Shown here: piece by piece, positions 44,183 to 54,472 of the stretch
Position numbering within the stretch: the stretch's first letter is position 1
How the letters are laid out: each line of letters begins with the position of its first letter
DNA from: Phycisphaerae bacterium
GTDB taxonomy: Bacteria > Planctomycetota > Phycisphaerae > UBA1845 > Fen-1342
Length of the DNA stretch: 64,000 nt
Reading direction: 5' to 3'
NCBI GenBank assembly: GCA_050115495.1
Contig: JASFQK010000017.1
Location: 67,384 to 131,383 of the forward strand
Translations under genes and position numbers: made by a program
The notes under the pieces: model-generated
The model's database searches: none
Told to the model about the DNA's origin: nothing
Seen by the model: the letters and a program-made list of their open reading frames with translations, nothing else

Positions 44183-44965
44183 ATGGACGTCGCAACCATT
44201 ATCGGCATCGTGCTGGGCAGTGGCCTGATGCTCTGGGCCATCATGAGCAGCACGTCCCTGCTTACCTTCATCGATATTCCCTCCATGGCCATCGTGCTGG
44301 GCGGCACCATCGCCGCCGCCCTGATCTCCTTCCCCCTCGGCCACGTATTCAAGATCCTCGGCGTGGTGAAGAAGGCCTTTTTCAGCACCCCGATCGACCC
44401 CGTCGAGCACGTGGCCACGCTGGTGCGGCTGGCGGAGATCGCCCGGCGTGACGGCATCCTGAGCCTCGAATCACACCTGGCCGACGGCCAGTACGACGAA
44501 TTCCTCACCCGCGGGCTGCGCATGGCCATCGACGGCCAGGACCCGACGGTCATCGAGACAGCGATGGAGCGCGAGGTCGAGACCATCGCCGAGCGTCATT
44601 CGTTGGGCAAGGGCCTGTTCGACGCGCTGGCCAAGTACGGCCCGGCCTTCGGTATGTTGGGCACGGTCATCGGTCTGATCATCATGTTGCAGAACATGGA
44701 GGATGCCTCCAAGCTCGGCCCGGCCATGGCCGTCGCCCTGATCACCACGTTCTACGGCGCCCTGCTGGCCAACCTCTTCGCCATGCCCATCGCCGATAAG
44801 CTCGGCCTGCGCAGCTCGCAGGAGGTCGCCGCCAAGGTACTCATCATCCGCGGCGTGATGTCCATCCAGGCTGGCGACAACCCGCGCATCGTCCAGCAGA
44901 AGCTCACCGCCTTCCTGGACGCCCGCCAGCGGCAAGTGGCCGAGGAACGCACCGGCAAGAACTAG
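44183..44965 (+). CDS. motA: Flagellar motor stator A subunit
   Basis: ARRDGILSLE, PAFGMLGTVIGLI, ALITTFYG, GDNPR. Confidence 0.95.
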   Translation: MDVATIIGIVLGSGLMLWAIMSSTSLLTFIDIPSMAIVLGGTIAAALISFPLGHVFKILGVVKKAFFSTPIDPVEHVATLVRLAEIARRDGILSLESHLADGQYDEFLTRGLRMAIDGQDPTVIETAMEREVETIAERHSLGKGLFDALAKYGPAFGMLGTVIGLIIMLQNMEDASKLGPAMAVALITTFYGALLANLFAMPIADKLGLRSSQEVAAKVLIIRGVMSIQAGDNPRIVQQKLTAFLDARQRQVAEERTGKN

Positions 44966-44986
44966 TCGCCAACTGAGGCAGTCGCC

Positions 44987-45703
44987 ATGGCCATAGCCAA
45001 GAAGGAAAAGCACCAGGAGGGCGCCCCGGCCTGGCTGGTGACCTACGGCGACATGGTCACCCTCATGCTCACCTTCTTCGTCATGCTTCTGGCTATGAGC
45101 GAGGTGAAGAAGGAGGACCACTTCCTCGAGTTCATGCAGGCCATCCGCGAGGCCTTCGGCTACCAGGGCGGCATGCGCCAGACGCAATACGAGGAAGTGC
45201 TCTCCCCCAAGAACATCAACTTCACCGAGATGCTTGTCATCCCCATCGAGCCACACGACTTCAGCCGGTCACGGCAGCGCGGCCTGCAGGGCCGCGATAA
45301 GACCGTCCGCAGCCGCCAGCCCGACGACGTATACGTGGTCGGCGGCGGCATCCAGTTCGCCTCACTCTCGGCGGAGCTGGAGCCGACCGAAGCCGCCAGC
45401 CTCGAGCAGTTCGCCGAGCAGTTACGCGGCCACAACACGATGGTCCGCATCACGGGCCATTGCAGCCGGCGGCCGGTCGACGGCACACCTTTCCGCGACC
45501 ACATGGACCTGGCTTACCAGCGGGCCCGCGCCGTCCGCGAGCAGCTCGTGACCCTGGGAATCGACGCCGGACGACTGGTCATCGAGGTCGCCGGCACGAA
45601 CGAGCCCGAAGCATCCCAGGCCTACACCGAGGAAATCCGCCGGCGGAATGACCTGGTGGAGATCCTCCAGGTCAACCGCCGCGTGGATGAGTTCACGCCG
45701 TAG
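44987..45703 (+). CDS. motB: Flagellar motor stator B subunit
   Basis: WLVTYGDMVTLMLTFFVML; OmpA-like C-terminus. Confidence 0.93.
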   Translation: MAIAKKEKHQEGAPAWLVTYGDMVTLMLTFFVMLLAMSEVKKEDHFLEFMQAIREAFGYQGGMRQTQYEEVLSPKNINFTEMLVIPIEPHDFSRSRQRGLQGRDKTVRSRQPDDVYVVGGGIQFASLSAELEPTEAASLEQFAEQLRGHNTMVRITGHCSRRPVDGTPFRDHMDLAYQRARAVREQLVTLGIDAGRLVIEVAGTNEPEASQAYTEEIRRRNDLVEILQVNRRVDEFTP

Positions 45704-45747
45704 TACGCTCCACCCCCGGTCCGATACCACCGCCGCCGATCCGCGCG

Positions 45748-45783
45748 CAAAGACACGGGCCGGGCGGAGGTCCGCCCGGCCCG
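45748..45783 (-). terminator. Hairpin between convergent motB and flagellin
   Basis: cgggccgggcgga-gg-tccgcccggcccg 13-bp stem followed by tgtcttt on the minus strand. Confidence 0.6.
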
Positions 45784-45822
45784 GCCACGAGAAGAGACAA
45801 CACGCAATCACACAGTCCAGGC

Positions 45823-47286
45823 TTACAACAGACTCAGCACCTGAGCGCTCTGCTGATTGGCCAGACCGAGTAGCGAAATCGCCGACTGGATCAGCACGTT
45901 CTGCTTGCTGAGCTCCGCCGTCTCGACGGCGTAGTCGACGTCGGCGATGCTGCTCTTGACGGCCGAGAGGCTCTCCTTCATGGTCATCATGGAGTTCATC
46001 GCCGTCTGCACTTGGTACTTCTGGAAACCACCGATACGACCACGCTGCGTGGAGACGGACTTCAGGGCCGCGGCGGCGATGTCGGCCGCCTTGGCTGGGT
46101 CGCTGAGCAGGTCGTAGTCGCCGCCGCTCTTGAGGGCGGACAGCACTTCGCCCACGTCACCCGTGCCGAGCTCCTGGGAGAACAGGCCGCTGATGCCGAT
46201 GGTGGCCTGCGTCGTCGAGTCGGTACCGAGCTGGAAGGTGGCCCCACCGCTGTCGTCCACAGTGAAGCTCGTGCTCTGCACGGCCGACTGGGCGGCGGTG
46301 TTGAGGGCGTCGGTCAGCTTGAACGACAGCTCCAGACCGTTGGAGTTGTAGTAGACCTCCTTGCCATCCGTGCCGGCCACGTGGCCGTTGATGCGCACGT
46401 CCGCGTCCTGGCCGTCGACGTCCACGGCCCGCGTTTCCGTCACGGTCGTTTCGGAGCGACTGTACAGCGAGCCGCCCTCGAGCACGCTGACCTTGACGAA
46501 CTGGGCCGAGCCGTAGCCCGTGCTGGAGAGCTGGATCGCGCCGGTATCGACGTAGCCGGACAGAATCGCCGACACGCCGGTCTGCGCCTTCAGGTCGTTG
46601 ATCTTCGAGACCACCGAGGAAAGGTTCTCGTCGGCGGCGATCTCGATGATCTGCGTGCCCAGCGAGCCGCGGATCGCGACGGTTGTGGCCTCGCTGGCCG
46701 AGTTGGTCATGAAGGCCGAGGCAGTGGTCGTGCCGGTCAGCGCCGTGTGGGCGGCGGACACGACCGAGATCGACAACGTGTTGACGTCCGAGCTGGGATT
46801 GCGGGCGTAGACGCGGATGTCGGTCAGCTCGGTGGCGTCGACGCCGCTCACGTCGATGCCCAGCGAGCCGTCCAGCAGCTTCTTGCCGTTGAATTGCGTC
46901 GTGCGAATGATACGGTCGATCGAGGAGATGGCGTTGTCGATCTGCGACTGGTTGGCCGACAACTCGCTGGCCGTCATGCCGGCCGTGCTCGAAGAGGACG
47001 CGGCCAGCGACTGGATTTCCTTGAGCAGGCTGCTCACCTCATCCAGGGCGCTGTCCGCCACGCTCATGATCGCGTCCGTGCGCTGGTTCGCCGTAATGGC
47101 TGAGTTCACCCCCGTGAGCTCGCTTTCCAAACCGTTGAGGGCCAGCAGACCGGCCGGATCATCCTGACCGCGGTTGATGCGGTTGCCGGTCGAAAGACGT
47201 GTCAGCGTGTCGCTCTGGCTTGTGCTTGTCCGGTTCAGAATGTTGAGCAGGCTCAGTGTGTTGACGTTCGTGACTGTGAGTGCCAT
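45823..47286 (-). CDS. fliC: Flagellin
   Basis: RLSTGNRINRGQDDPAGL, TQFNGKKLLDGS, RGRIGGFQ, SSIADVDYAVE..VLSLL; GGAGGAG RBS before ATG 47286. Confidence 0.93.
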   Translation of the reverse strand: MALTVTNVNTLSLLNILNRTSTSQSDTLTRLSTGNRINRGQDDPAGLLALNGLESELTGVNSAITANQRTDAIMSVADSALDEVSSLLKEIQSLAASSSSTAGMTASELSANQSQIDNAISSIDRIIRTTQFNGKKLLDGSLGIDVSGVDATELTDIRVYARNPSSDVNTLSISVVSAAHTALTGTTTASAFMTNSASEATTVAIRGSLGTQIIEIAADENLSSVVSKINDLKAQTGVSAILSGYVDTGAIQLSSTGYGSAQFVKVSVLEGGSLYSRSETTVTETRAVDVDGQDADVRINGHVAGTDGKEVYYNSNGLELSFKLTDALNTAAQSAVQSTSFTVDDSGGATFQLGTDSTTQATIGISGLFSQELGTGDVGEVLSALKSGGDYDLLSDPAKAADIAAAALKSVSTQRGRIGGFQKYQVQTAMNSMMTMKESLSAVKSSIADVDYAVETAELSKQNVLIQSAISLLGLANQQSAQVLSLL

Positions 47287-47532
47287 GGAGACTCCTCCGC
47301 ATGCGTTCTCAGGTGCTTGTTGTCCGAACAGAACTCCTGGGAAGCGTTCAAAATGCGAAGAGCCCCACGCAAACCCGGATTGGAATTTCCCCGCAGCAGG
47401 AAGCGCGCACGACACACTGGCTCGCGTCGCACCCGCGCCGCCGCATGCATTACCGGCCAGCCCGAGAACTACAGCGTCCGGTACGCCGTCACTTTTTCCG
47501 TGTCGACCACTTTTCCCCCGCTTGACCGCCCC

Positions 47533-48399
47533 TTACGGCGACGTCCGTTTCGCCGTGTACCACGCCTGCCATTGCTCCGCCGTGGCCCGGCGTTCCTCCG
47601 CCGACAGCGCCGCCGAGAACGGCAGCGTCAATCCTGTGATGCGCCGCAGCGCGGCCGCCGCGTGCTCGGCGATGATCTGCGCCGCCGGCGCGCTGCTCGC
47701 CGCGCTCGCCGGCACGGTCCCGCCGGCGTTCGTGCGCAGCGCCTCTGCCGCGCGGGCCGCGTGTGATGGAAGCGCCGCAGTGCGTTGATCCTCCAGCAGG
47801 CGCACCAGCGCCGGCACGCACGCCGGTTCGCCGATGGACGCCAGCGCATCGACGAGTGCCGCCCGCCGCTCGACGTCCGCCGGCTCTTCGGCCAGAGCGC
47901 TCAACGCCGCCACGCAGGCCGGCGTGGCCAGCCGGGCCAGCGTCAGGCAGGCCGCCTCGGCCACGCGGGATGAGCCGTGGCGATACCGCTCCTGCAATGC
48001 CAGGATGATCGACTCATCGCCGTAGAGGGCCAGTCCCAGGGCGACGAGCTCGCGCGTCGCCGCATCCTCGTCGTCCAGCATCGCCAGCAACCGCTGCCGC
48101 CCCCAGTCCGAGCGCGTATGCTGGAGCACCACGACGCCATACTGCCGCAGCTCGGCCTGGTCGCTGTCCAGCAGCACCGTCGTCCCCCACCGGCCGGCGT
48201 CTCCCGCGTTGCACAGGGCGGTGACCAGCAGGGCCCGCTCGGCGGGATCGGCGGTCTGCGCAAGGCGGCTGGCCCAGTACCGCCCGCGCAGGTGCGTCCG
48301 AAAGGCCAGCGCCGCCACGCACGCCGCCGCCGTGATCCCCACGAGCACCAGCGGCAGCCACCGCCGGCGGCGGACACGTGTCTGCTGAACATCCGACAC
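47533..48399 (-). CDS. HEAT-repeat protein with N-terminal membrane anchor
   Basis: RRRRW plus hydrophobic helix; LLxDxxxxxR repeats; ALRRITG. Confidence 0.75.
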   Translation of the reverse strand: MSDVQQTRVRRRRWLPLVLVGITAAACVAALAFRTHLRGRYWASRLAQTADPAERALLVTALCNAGDAGRWGTTVLLDSDQAELRQYGVVVLQHTRSDWGRQRLLAMLDDEDAATRELVALGLALYGDESIILALQERYRHGSSRVAEAACLTLARLATPACVAALSALAEEPADVERRAALVDALASIGEPACVPALVRLLEDQRTAALPSHAARAAEALRTNAGGTVPASAASSAPAAQIIAEHAAAALRRITGLTLPFSAALSAEERRATAEQWQAWYTAKRTSP

Positions 48400-48455
48400 G
48401 GGGAGGCTCCAATCCTGACCCGAACCGTTCTGGCGGCCGCGCCAACGGGTTTGCG

Positions 48456-48473
48456 GGTTAACCGTATCTTAAC
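48456..48473 (+). promoter_or_regulatory. Pho-box-like direct repeat
   Basis: GGTTAAC-cgta-TCTTAAC, with TTAAC repeated at 11-bp spacing upstream of pstS. Confidence 0.55.
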
Positions 48474-48587
48474 TGCCGGCGGCTACGCTCCAGGGCCTCG
48501 GAACAGCGAGATCGGCTCAGCGGAAACGCCGCGCGGAACAACGTGCTCCGGGGCAATCCTCCGCGGCCATAACAAGGAGAGTGGCTC

Positions 48588-49469
48588 ATGAACCGCGTGA
48601 TCCTGGTGTGTACGTTCCTGCTCGTGGCCGCCGGCCTGCTCGTGCCCGTCCCTGCGTTCGCCCAGAACGCCGACGAGCAACAGAACAAGGTCGTCGTGGA
48701 CGGCTCGACGACGGTCGGCCCCATCGCCAAGGCCTTTGCCGAACACTACATGGCCGCGCACCCCGACGTCAACATCACCGTCAGTGAATCGGGCAGCGGC
48801 AACGGCGCCAAGAGCCTGATCAACAGCACGTGCGACATCGCCGACATGTCCCGCTTCATGAAGGACACCGAGTTCAAGGCCGCCATCGAGAAGGGCGTCC
48901 TGCCGGTGGCACACGTCATCGCCGTCGACGGCATCGCCATCGTCGTCCACCCCAGCAACCCCGTCCGTGAGCTCTCCATCGCCCAGGTCCGCGACATCTA
49001 CATGGGCAACATCACGAACTGGAAGGAACTCGGCGGCCCCGATCAGAAGATCGTCAAGATCTCCCGCGACACCAGCAGCGGCACGTACGAGACCTTCGAG
49101 CAGATGGTCATGCAGTCGCAGAAAATGGCCGCCGACACCGAATACGTCGGCTCCAACGGCGCCGCCCGCCAGCGCGTCCAAGCCACGCCGGCCGCCGTCG
49201 GCTTCGTCGGACTCGGCTTCGTGGACCGCACCATCCGGGCCCTGCCCATCAACGGTGTCCCCGCCGAGCGCAACACCGTGGTCACCGGGCGCTACCCCAT
49301 CGCCCGCCCGTTGTTCATGTTCACCAACGGCTACCCCAAGCTCGGCACTCATCTGCACGCTTTCACCACGCTTTACCTGACGCGTGAAGGCCAGCGCATC
49401 ATCGAGTCGATCGGCTTCGTCCCCGTCACCGACTACCCCGCGGATGCTGCGAAGGACGGCGTGCAGTAG
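48588..49469 (+). CDS. pstS: Phosphate ABC transporter substrate-binding protein
   Basis: DGSTTVGP, SGSGNG, SR, RDTSSGT, YPIARPLF; AAGGAG RBS. Confidence 0.93.
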   Translation: MNRVILVCTFLLVAAGLLVPVPAFAQNADEQQNKVVVDGSTTVGPIAKAFAEHYMAAHPDVNITVSESGSGNGAKSLINSTCDIADMSRFMKDTEFKAAIEKGVLPVAHVIAVDGIAIVVHPSNPVRELSIAQVRDIYMGNITNWKELGGPDQKIVKISRDTSSGTYETFEQMVMQSQKMAADTEYVGSNGAARQRVQATPAAVGFVGLGFVDRTIRALPINGVPAERNTVVTGRYPIARPLFMFTNGYPKLGTHLHAFTTLYLTREGQRIIESIGFVPVTDYPADAAKDGVQ

Positions 49470-49505
49470 TCCCGCTCAATCTCCGGCGATCCGCCGGTAC
49501 TGACG

Positions 49506-49557
49506 AAAACAGAGCCGGCCCGCGCGTCTGCGAGACGCGCGGGCCGGCTCCTTTTAT
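49506..49557. terminator. Bidirectional intrinsic terminator
   Basis: 18-bp stem gagccggcccgcgcgtct/agacgcgcgggccggctc with aaaa on the left and tttt on the right, between convergent genes. Confidence 0.85.
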
Positions 49558-49579
49558 CCGCCGAGGCGGCCGTCAGCCC

Positions 49580-51079
49580 CTAGAACGTCACCTGGAGCTG
49601 CATCCGCCACATCAGCGCGTCATCGTTCACGTTCGCCAGGCTGGCCGCCGACGAACGCACCGGCGACTCGTAGATCTTGATCACGTCGGTCTGGAGCTTC
49701 ACCCTGTGGCCCTGGATGTAGTAGTTCAGGCCGGCGCCGTACTCCCAGGAGCCCTCGCTGCCGGGGCCGATGCTGCTGACGCCGCCCACGCGGGCCACCG
49801 CCTCGACCTTCCGCTCCAGGCCCGGAATCGGCAGGAAGTAACCGACCTGCAGATAGCCGCCGTGGTAGTCGCTCGTCGAGTCGTCGCCGGTCAGCAGCCA
49901 GTACGGCGCGTACGGCGTCCGCCACGCCCGCCGCACATCCTGGAATCGCCAGGTGTACTCCGCCGTCGCCGAGAAGCCCTGCCACTGGAACGCGGCATCC
50001 ACACCCATCTGGTGGATCTGCATGCCGTTCGAGTTCGTCACACCGTAGCCGCCGCCCTCGGGTTTGCTGCGGTGGAACGGAATACGCAGCGTGCGGGTGT
50101 CCCCGGCGTCATCGTTGAATGCATAGTGGATGCCCAGGTCCAGCGCCGGCGACTCGTGGAAGGCGATGTCGCTTTGCGACTTCATCAAATCCCCGGGATT
50201 CTCGCCCAGGGCGTGCCAGATCGCGTGGAAGAACAGCGCGGGGTTGTTGTCCAATTCGCGGGCGCCGTCGGTGGTGATCGTCCGGCCGCGGTAATCACCC
50301 ATGCTGTTCATCACGTCGAAGTACCAGTCCAGCCGCTTGTCGAACAGACGGCCCCAGAACCGCACACCCAGGCCCGTGCCCAGGCCGAACACCGCGTCGC
50401 TCATCGTGCGGTCGACGAACTGCAGGCAGGAATCCGACAGCATCGTCTGCCGCGTGCTGGCGGGCTTGAAGATACCGGCCTGGAACTGGAGGGCGTCGGC
50501 AAACCGATAGTTCAACCACACGTAGCGGATGCCGAGATCGTAGCCGGCGCTCTCACCCGCGCGGAACTGCATGTGGTAGGTCAGATCCGGGGTGTACACG
50601 TGGCCCGTGAGCTGCAGACGGATGCGCTCGATGTCGAACCCGGTCCGGTCGTCACGCTCCAGCCGCGGGTTCAGGTAGTGGTTCCGGGACCGCGTCCCCA
50701 CGTGCACCCAGCGAAACTGCATGCGGCCCCTGATGTTCATCAGGAACTTGTCGTCGGTGCTGCGGATGAAGAAGTCCTTGTCGTAACCCGCCTGCAGCAT
50801 CGACGGCATCAGGCTCTCGCGGAACTCCTGCTCGCTCAGGATCTCGCGGATCTGCTGCCGGATCACATCGCTGCGCCCAGCCTCCGCGTCCTGCGCCTCC
50901 GCCGCCACGAGCTGCGCCTGCAACCCGTCGATGTGCGCCTGCTGCTCGGCAGCCTGCGCCTGCAAGCGCTGCACGCGCTCGCCGATGTCGGCCCCGTCTG
51001 GCGGTTCAGCCACAGCGGCCACCGCCACACAGCCGCACAACAGTCCAATCAGCCAACGATCCCAGGTGCCACGTGACAT
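49580..51079 (-). CDS. Outer-membrane porin (OprO/OprP phosphate-selective-like)
   Basis: Signal peptide, coiled coil, AGYDKDFFIRS, IRGRMQFR, RIRL, GLNYY, C-terminal QLQVTF; AAGGAG RBS. Confidence 0.8.
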   Translation of the reverse strand: MSRGTWDRWLIGLLCGCVAVAAVAEPPDGADIGERVQRLQAQAAEQQAHIDGLQAQLVAAEAQDAEAGRSDVIRQQIREILSEQEFRESLMPSMLQAGYDKDFFIRSTDDKFLMNIRGRMQFRWVHVGTRSRNHYLNPRLERDDRTGFDIERIRLQLTGHVYTPDLTYHMQFRAGESAGYDLGIRYVWLNYRFADALQFQAGIFKPASTRQTMLSDSCLQFVDRTMSDAVFGLGTGLGVRFWGRLFDKRLDWYFDVMNSMGDYRGRTITTDGARELDNNPALFFHAIWHALGENPGDLMKSQSDIAFHESPALDLGIHYAFNDDAGDTRTLRIPFHRSKPEGGGYGVTNSNGMQIHQMGVDAAFQWQGFSATAEYTWRFQDVRRAWRTPYAPYWLLTGDDSTSDYHGGYLQVGYFLPIPGLERKVEAVARVGGVSSIGPGSEGSWEYGAGLNYYIQGHRVKLQTDVIKIYESPVRSSAASLANVNDDALMWRMQLQVTF

Positions 51080-51361
51080 GCTGAGTCTCCTTACTCTGGA
51101 CGAGCCGAATGACAACGCGCCGTTCCCCAAGGGGACGTGCAGCCTGCACGCCTGTAACCCACCTGTCTACCGACCATGCTCCACGCCAGACCCACGCATG
51201 ATCGTGGCAAAGACATTAACCGCTTCTGCAAGAGGCGACAAGGCACTGACTACTTTCTCTTCGCATTTGCCCTGTGAACCCGCGCCCGGTACCCTCTTCG
51301 GTCCCCAGGGGCTTAGCCGCGCCCGAGCCGCGGGCCGGTCCCCCAAGGAGACCACGCACCA

Positions 51362-52591
51362 ATGGCTATCGCTGCTGTCGTATTCACCTGGTCCTGGCTC
51401 GCCGTCTGGTTCTGGGCCACGCTGCTCATCGGCCTCGTCTGGTTCCGCCGCCACATCGACATCAACCGCGGCCGAAACGAGCCCATCCTCAGCGATGCCG
51501 ACGCCACCGATGCCCCTGGCAACCTGCCCCGGCTCACCGTGCTCGTCGCCGCCAAGGACGAAGAGGCCAATATCGCCCGCTGTCTCGAAGGCCTCATCCG
51601 CCAGGAGTACCCCAATCTCCAGATCATCGCCATCGACGACCGCAGCACCGACCGCACTCCAGCCATTCTCGATGAGCTCGCCGCCCGCCACCCCCACCTT
51701 ACCGCCCTGCACGTGGATCACCTGCCCCCAGGCTGGTTCGGCAAGAACAACGCCATGCGGGTCGGCCTGGAGCAGGCCACGGGCGAGCTGTTCTGCTTCA
51801 CCGACGCCGACTGCCAGTTCGATTCGCCCCGCCTCCTGCACGCCGCCGTCTCGTATGCCCGCCGCCACGACGTGGATCTCCTCTCGGTCCTCCCCCATCT
51901 CGAGACCGGCACGTTCTGGGAACGCGTCGTGCAGCCCGTCGCCGGCGCCGTCATGGTCTTCTGGTTCCCTCCGCAGCGTGTGAACAGCCCCCGCTGCTCC
52001 ACCGCCTACGCCAACGGCGCCTTCATGCTCATGTCCCGCCAGACCTATGAGGCCATCGGCGGCCACGAGTTCGCCCGGGCCACCCTCAACGAGGACATGC
52101 ACATGGCCCGCCAGGTTAAACGCGTCGGCCGGCGGCTTTGCGTCCTGCGGGGCGGCGACATGTACCGCGTCCGCATGTACGTCGGCCTGCGGCAAATCTG
52201 GCGAGGCTGGAGCCGCATCTTCTACGGCTGTTTCGGCACCGTCCCCCGCCTCATCGGCAGCGCCGCCATGCTCTCCATTTTTAGCCTGTCACCCTACATA
52301 ACCTTATTGCTCTCGCCCCTCGCGGGCGGGGCGGCCCTGGCCATCGCGGCGGCGGCGGCGATCGCCATTCTCGCCCAGCAGAGCATTCTCTTCCGTTTCT
52401 ACGGCCTCTCCGGCATCGCCCCGGCGTGGGCCCTGACGTACCCCCTCGGCGCCGCCTTCTGCCTGGGCATGACCCTCAACGCCATGACCCGCCTGGGCGG
52501 AAAGCAGACCACTTGGCGCGGCACCTCCTACACAGGCGGCGCCCACGCCTCCGCAACGCCCTCCGACAACAACACTCCACCGCAACAATAG
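51362..52591 (+). CDS. Glycosyltransferase family 2, membrane-bound (HpnB/CrtQ-like)
   Basis: AAKDEE, DDRSTD, GWFGKNNA, FTDAD, NGAF, ED, RMY..W.GW. Confidence 0.88.
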   Translation: MAIAAVVFTWSWLAVWFWATLLIGLVWFRRHIDINRGRNEPILSDADATDAPGNLPRLTVLVAAKDEEANIARCLEGLIRQEYPNLQIIAIDDRSTDRTPAILDELAARHPHLTALHVDHLPPGWFGKNNAMRVGLEQATGELFCFTDADCQFDSPRLLHAAVSYARRHDVDLLSVLPHLETGTFWERVVQPVAGAVMVFWFPPQRVNSPRCSTAYANGAFMLMSRQTYEAIGGHEFARATLNEDMHMARQVKRVGRRLCVLRGGDMYRVRMYVGLRQIWRGWSRIFYGCFGTVPRLIGSAAMLSIFSLSPYITLLLSPLAGGAALAIAAAAAIAILAQQSILFRFYGLSGIAPAWALTYPLGAAFCLGMTLNAMTRLGGKQTTWRGTSYTGGAHASATPSDNNTPPQQ

Positions 52592-52771
52592 GCGCTTCAA
52601 TCACTTACAGACCAACATCTGCCCTGACGACGGGTTTCCGCCGCCGTTATAAATCCACGAATTGCTGGCGTTTCAACCGCTCCCGCCCTCCACTACCCAT
52701 AGTTTGTCGTATAATTAGAGTTACAGGATATTGGGGCGCAGCCCCCGCGCACGACGGTTATTGTGCCGTAC

Positions 52772-52800
52772 TTGACAGTTGGCCGTAGTTAGGTTATTAT
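52772..52800 (+). promoter_or_regulatory. Near-consensus sigma70 promoter upstream of lexA
   Basis: TTGACA-N17-TATTAT in an AT-rich island. Confidence 0.75.
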
Positions 52801-53162
52801 TAATACTAATACGTGGCTAACTGGCACGTCGCGGGTGCGACATCGCAAAGGAGTGCGGATGGCCAGCAGAAAGGACGGCAGCGGCAGGATGTTGTGCCTC
52901 CTGGGACCCGGTGGCGATTTCGTCGGCGAGGTGCGCGAAGATGGTCGCACCCCCACCCGCATCGAATCCGCCTCCCTCACCCAGGATCAAGCCAACGATC
53001 TCTTCAGTTGCCTCGCCCGACAGCTCGGCTTCCGCTGGTCCAAGCCCGCCTGCACGCCCAACGCCGCTCCGGCGGACCAACGCGTCTGGGCAGCTTCCCG
53101 TCGACCTCTGCCACCCGTCGTTCACGGATCGCTTAGTGCCTACCTGGCGGAGGAATGGACTG

Positions 53163-53792
53163 ATGCCCCGAGCCAAATCGCCCAGGCCCCAACCCTCGCT
53201 CACGCCCAAGCAGCTCCGCGTACTCACGTTCATTCGCGACTTCAGCCGGGCCAAGGGCTACGCCCCGACCATGCAGGAGCTGGCGGACGAGTTCGGCGTC
53301 AGCAAGGTCACCGTGTTCGAACACATCGCAGCCCTGCACAAGAAGGGCTACCTGAAGCGTTCGCGGCACAAGGCACGCTCTTTGCAACTTAGCGACGCCA
53401 TTCACTTTCCCGACGAACGCGCTACCCTCCTTCCCCTCGCCGGCACCATCGCCGCCGGTGCGCCTATCGAGGCCGTCGAGCAGGACGAGTCCCTCGACCT
53501 TGAGGAGATGTTCGTCTCCCCGCACGGCAACTTCGTCCTCCGTGTTCGCGGCGACAGCATGATCGAGGACCAGATCTGCGACGGTGACTACGTCATCATC
53601 GAGAAACGTCAGACCGCCCGCGACGGCGAAACCGTCGTCGCCCTGCTCGACAGTGGCGAGGCCACGCTCAAACGCTTCTACCGCGAGCCCCACGGCATCC
53701 GCTTGCAGCCGGCCAACCCCGCCTACAAGCCCATTATGACCAAGAACGTGGATATCCAGGGCGTCGTCGTCGGCATCCTCCGCCGCTACTGA
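53163..53792 (+). CDS. lexA: SOS repressor LexA
   Basis: LTPKQ..GYAPTMQE HTH; IAAG cleavage site; GDSM (Ser); TLKR (Lys); GGAGG RBS. Confidence 0.96.
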   Translation: MPRAKSPRPQPSLTPKQLRVLTFIRDFSRAKGYAPTMQELADEFGVSKVTVFEHIAALHKKGYLKRSRHKARSLQLSDAIHFPDERATLLPLAGTIAAGAPIEAVEQDESLDLEEMFVSPHGNFVLRVRGDSMIEDQICDGDYVIIEKRQTARDGETVVALLDSGEATLKRFYREPHGIRLQPANPAYKPIMTKNVDIQGVVVGILRRY

Positions 53793-54469
53793 TCGGCGGG
53801 ATTCCGCCGCTCGCCGCGTCTGCCCAGCACCGGGTGCCCGCCGAAGCGCTCCATCAGGGCAACAACCCGGGCGCGTACCAAGTCCACCGCCTCCTGCTCC
53901 GGCAGATCGGCCAGCGCCGCCAGCGACAGCGGCTCGCCGTACGCCACGACGACCCCGTGCGGACGGGGCCAACGTGCCTGCCGCGGCCACGCCTCGAACG
54001 CCCCCAGAATCGCACACGGCACGATCGGCACACGGGCCTTGCGGGCCAGCAGGATCACCCCCGGCTGCATCTCGGCGACCGTCCCATCCGCCGTACGGGT
54101 CGCCTCGGGGAACGTCGTCACCAAGTGCCCCGCCTTCAGCCGCCGCAGCGTTTCTTTGATGGCCTTCACATCCGCCGTCCCCCGCCGAATCGGAAACGCG
54201 TTCAGCCCTTCGATGATCCGCCGCAATAGTGGGTGATGAAACAGCGTATCACGCGCCATGTAGTGGCATTCTCGCGGCAACGCCAGCGTCGCCAGCACCG
54301 GATCGAGAAAACTCTGATGGTTGCAGACGAGTAGCACCCCGCCCGTCCGCGGTACGCGGTTGGTCCCGAACACGCGCCCCCGAAAGAACACCGCGTACAG
54401 CAACTGGGCCATCATCCGGCACAGCCGGTACGAGAACCGCATCTCGCTGGCAACCCGTTCCTCGCCCAT
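53786..54469 (-). CDS. plsC: 1-acyl-sn-glycerol-3-phosphate acyltransferase
   Basis: NHQSFLD, FPEATR; downstream of cmk. Confidence 0.9.
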   Translation of the reverse strand: MGEERVASEMRFSYRLCRMMAQLLYAVFFRGRVFGTNRVPRTGGVLLVCNHQSFLDPVLATLALPRECHYMARDTLFHHPLLRRIIEGLNAFPIRRGTADVKAIKETLRRLKAGHLVTTFPEATRTADGTVAEMQPGVILLARKARVPIVPCAILGAFEAWPRQARWPRPHGVVVAYGEPLSLAALADLPEQEAVDLVRARVVALMERFGGHPVLGRRGERRNPADQ

Positions 54470-54472
54470 CGG

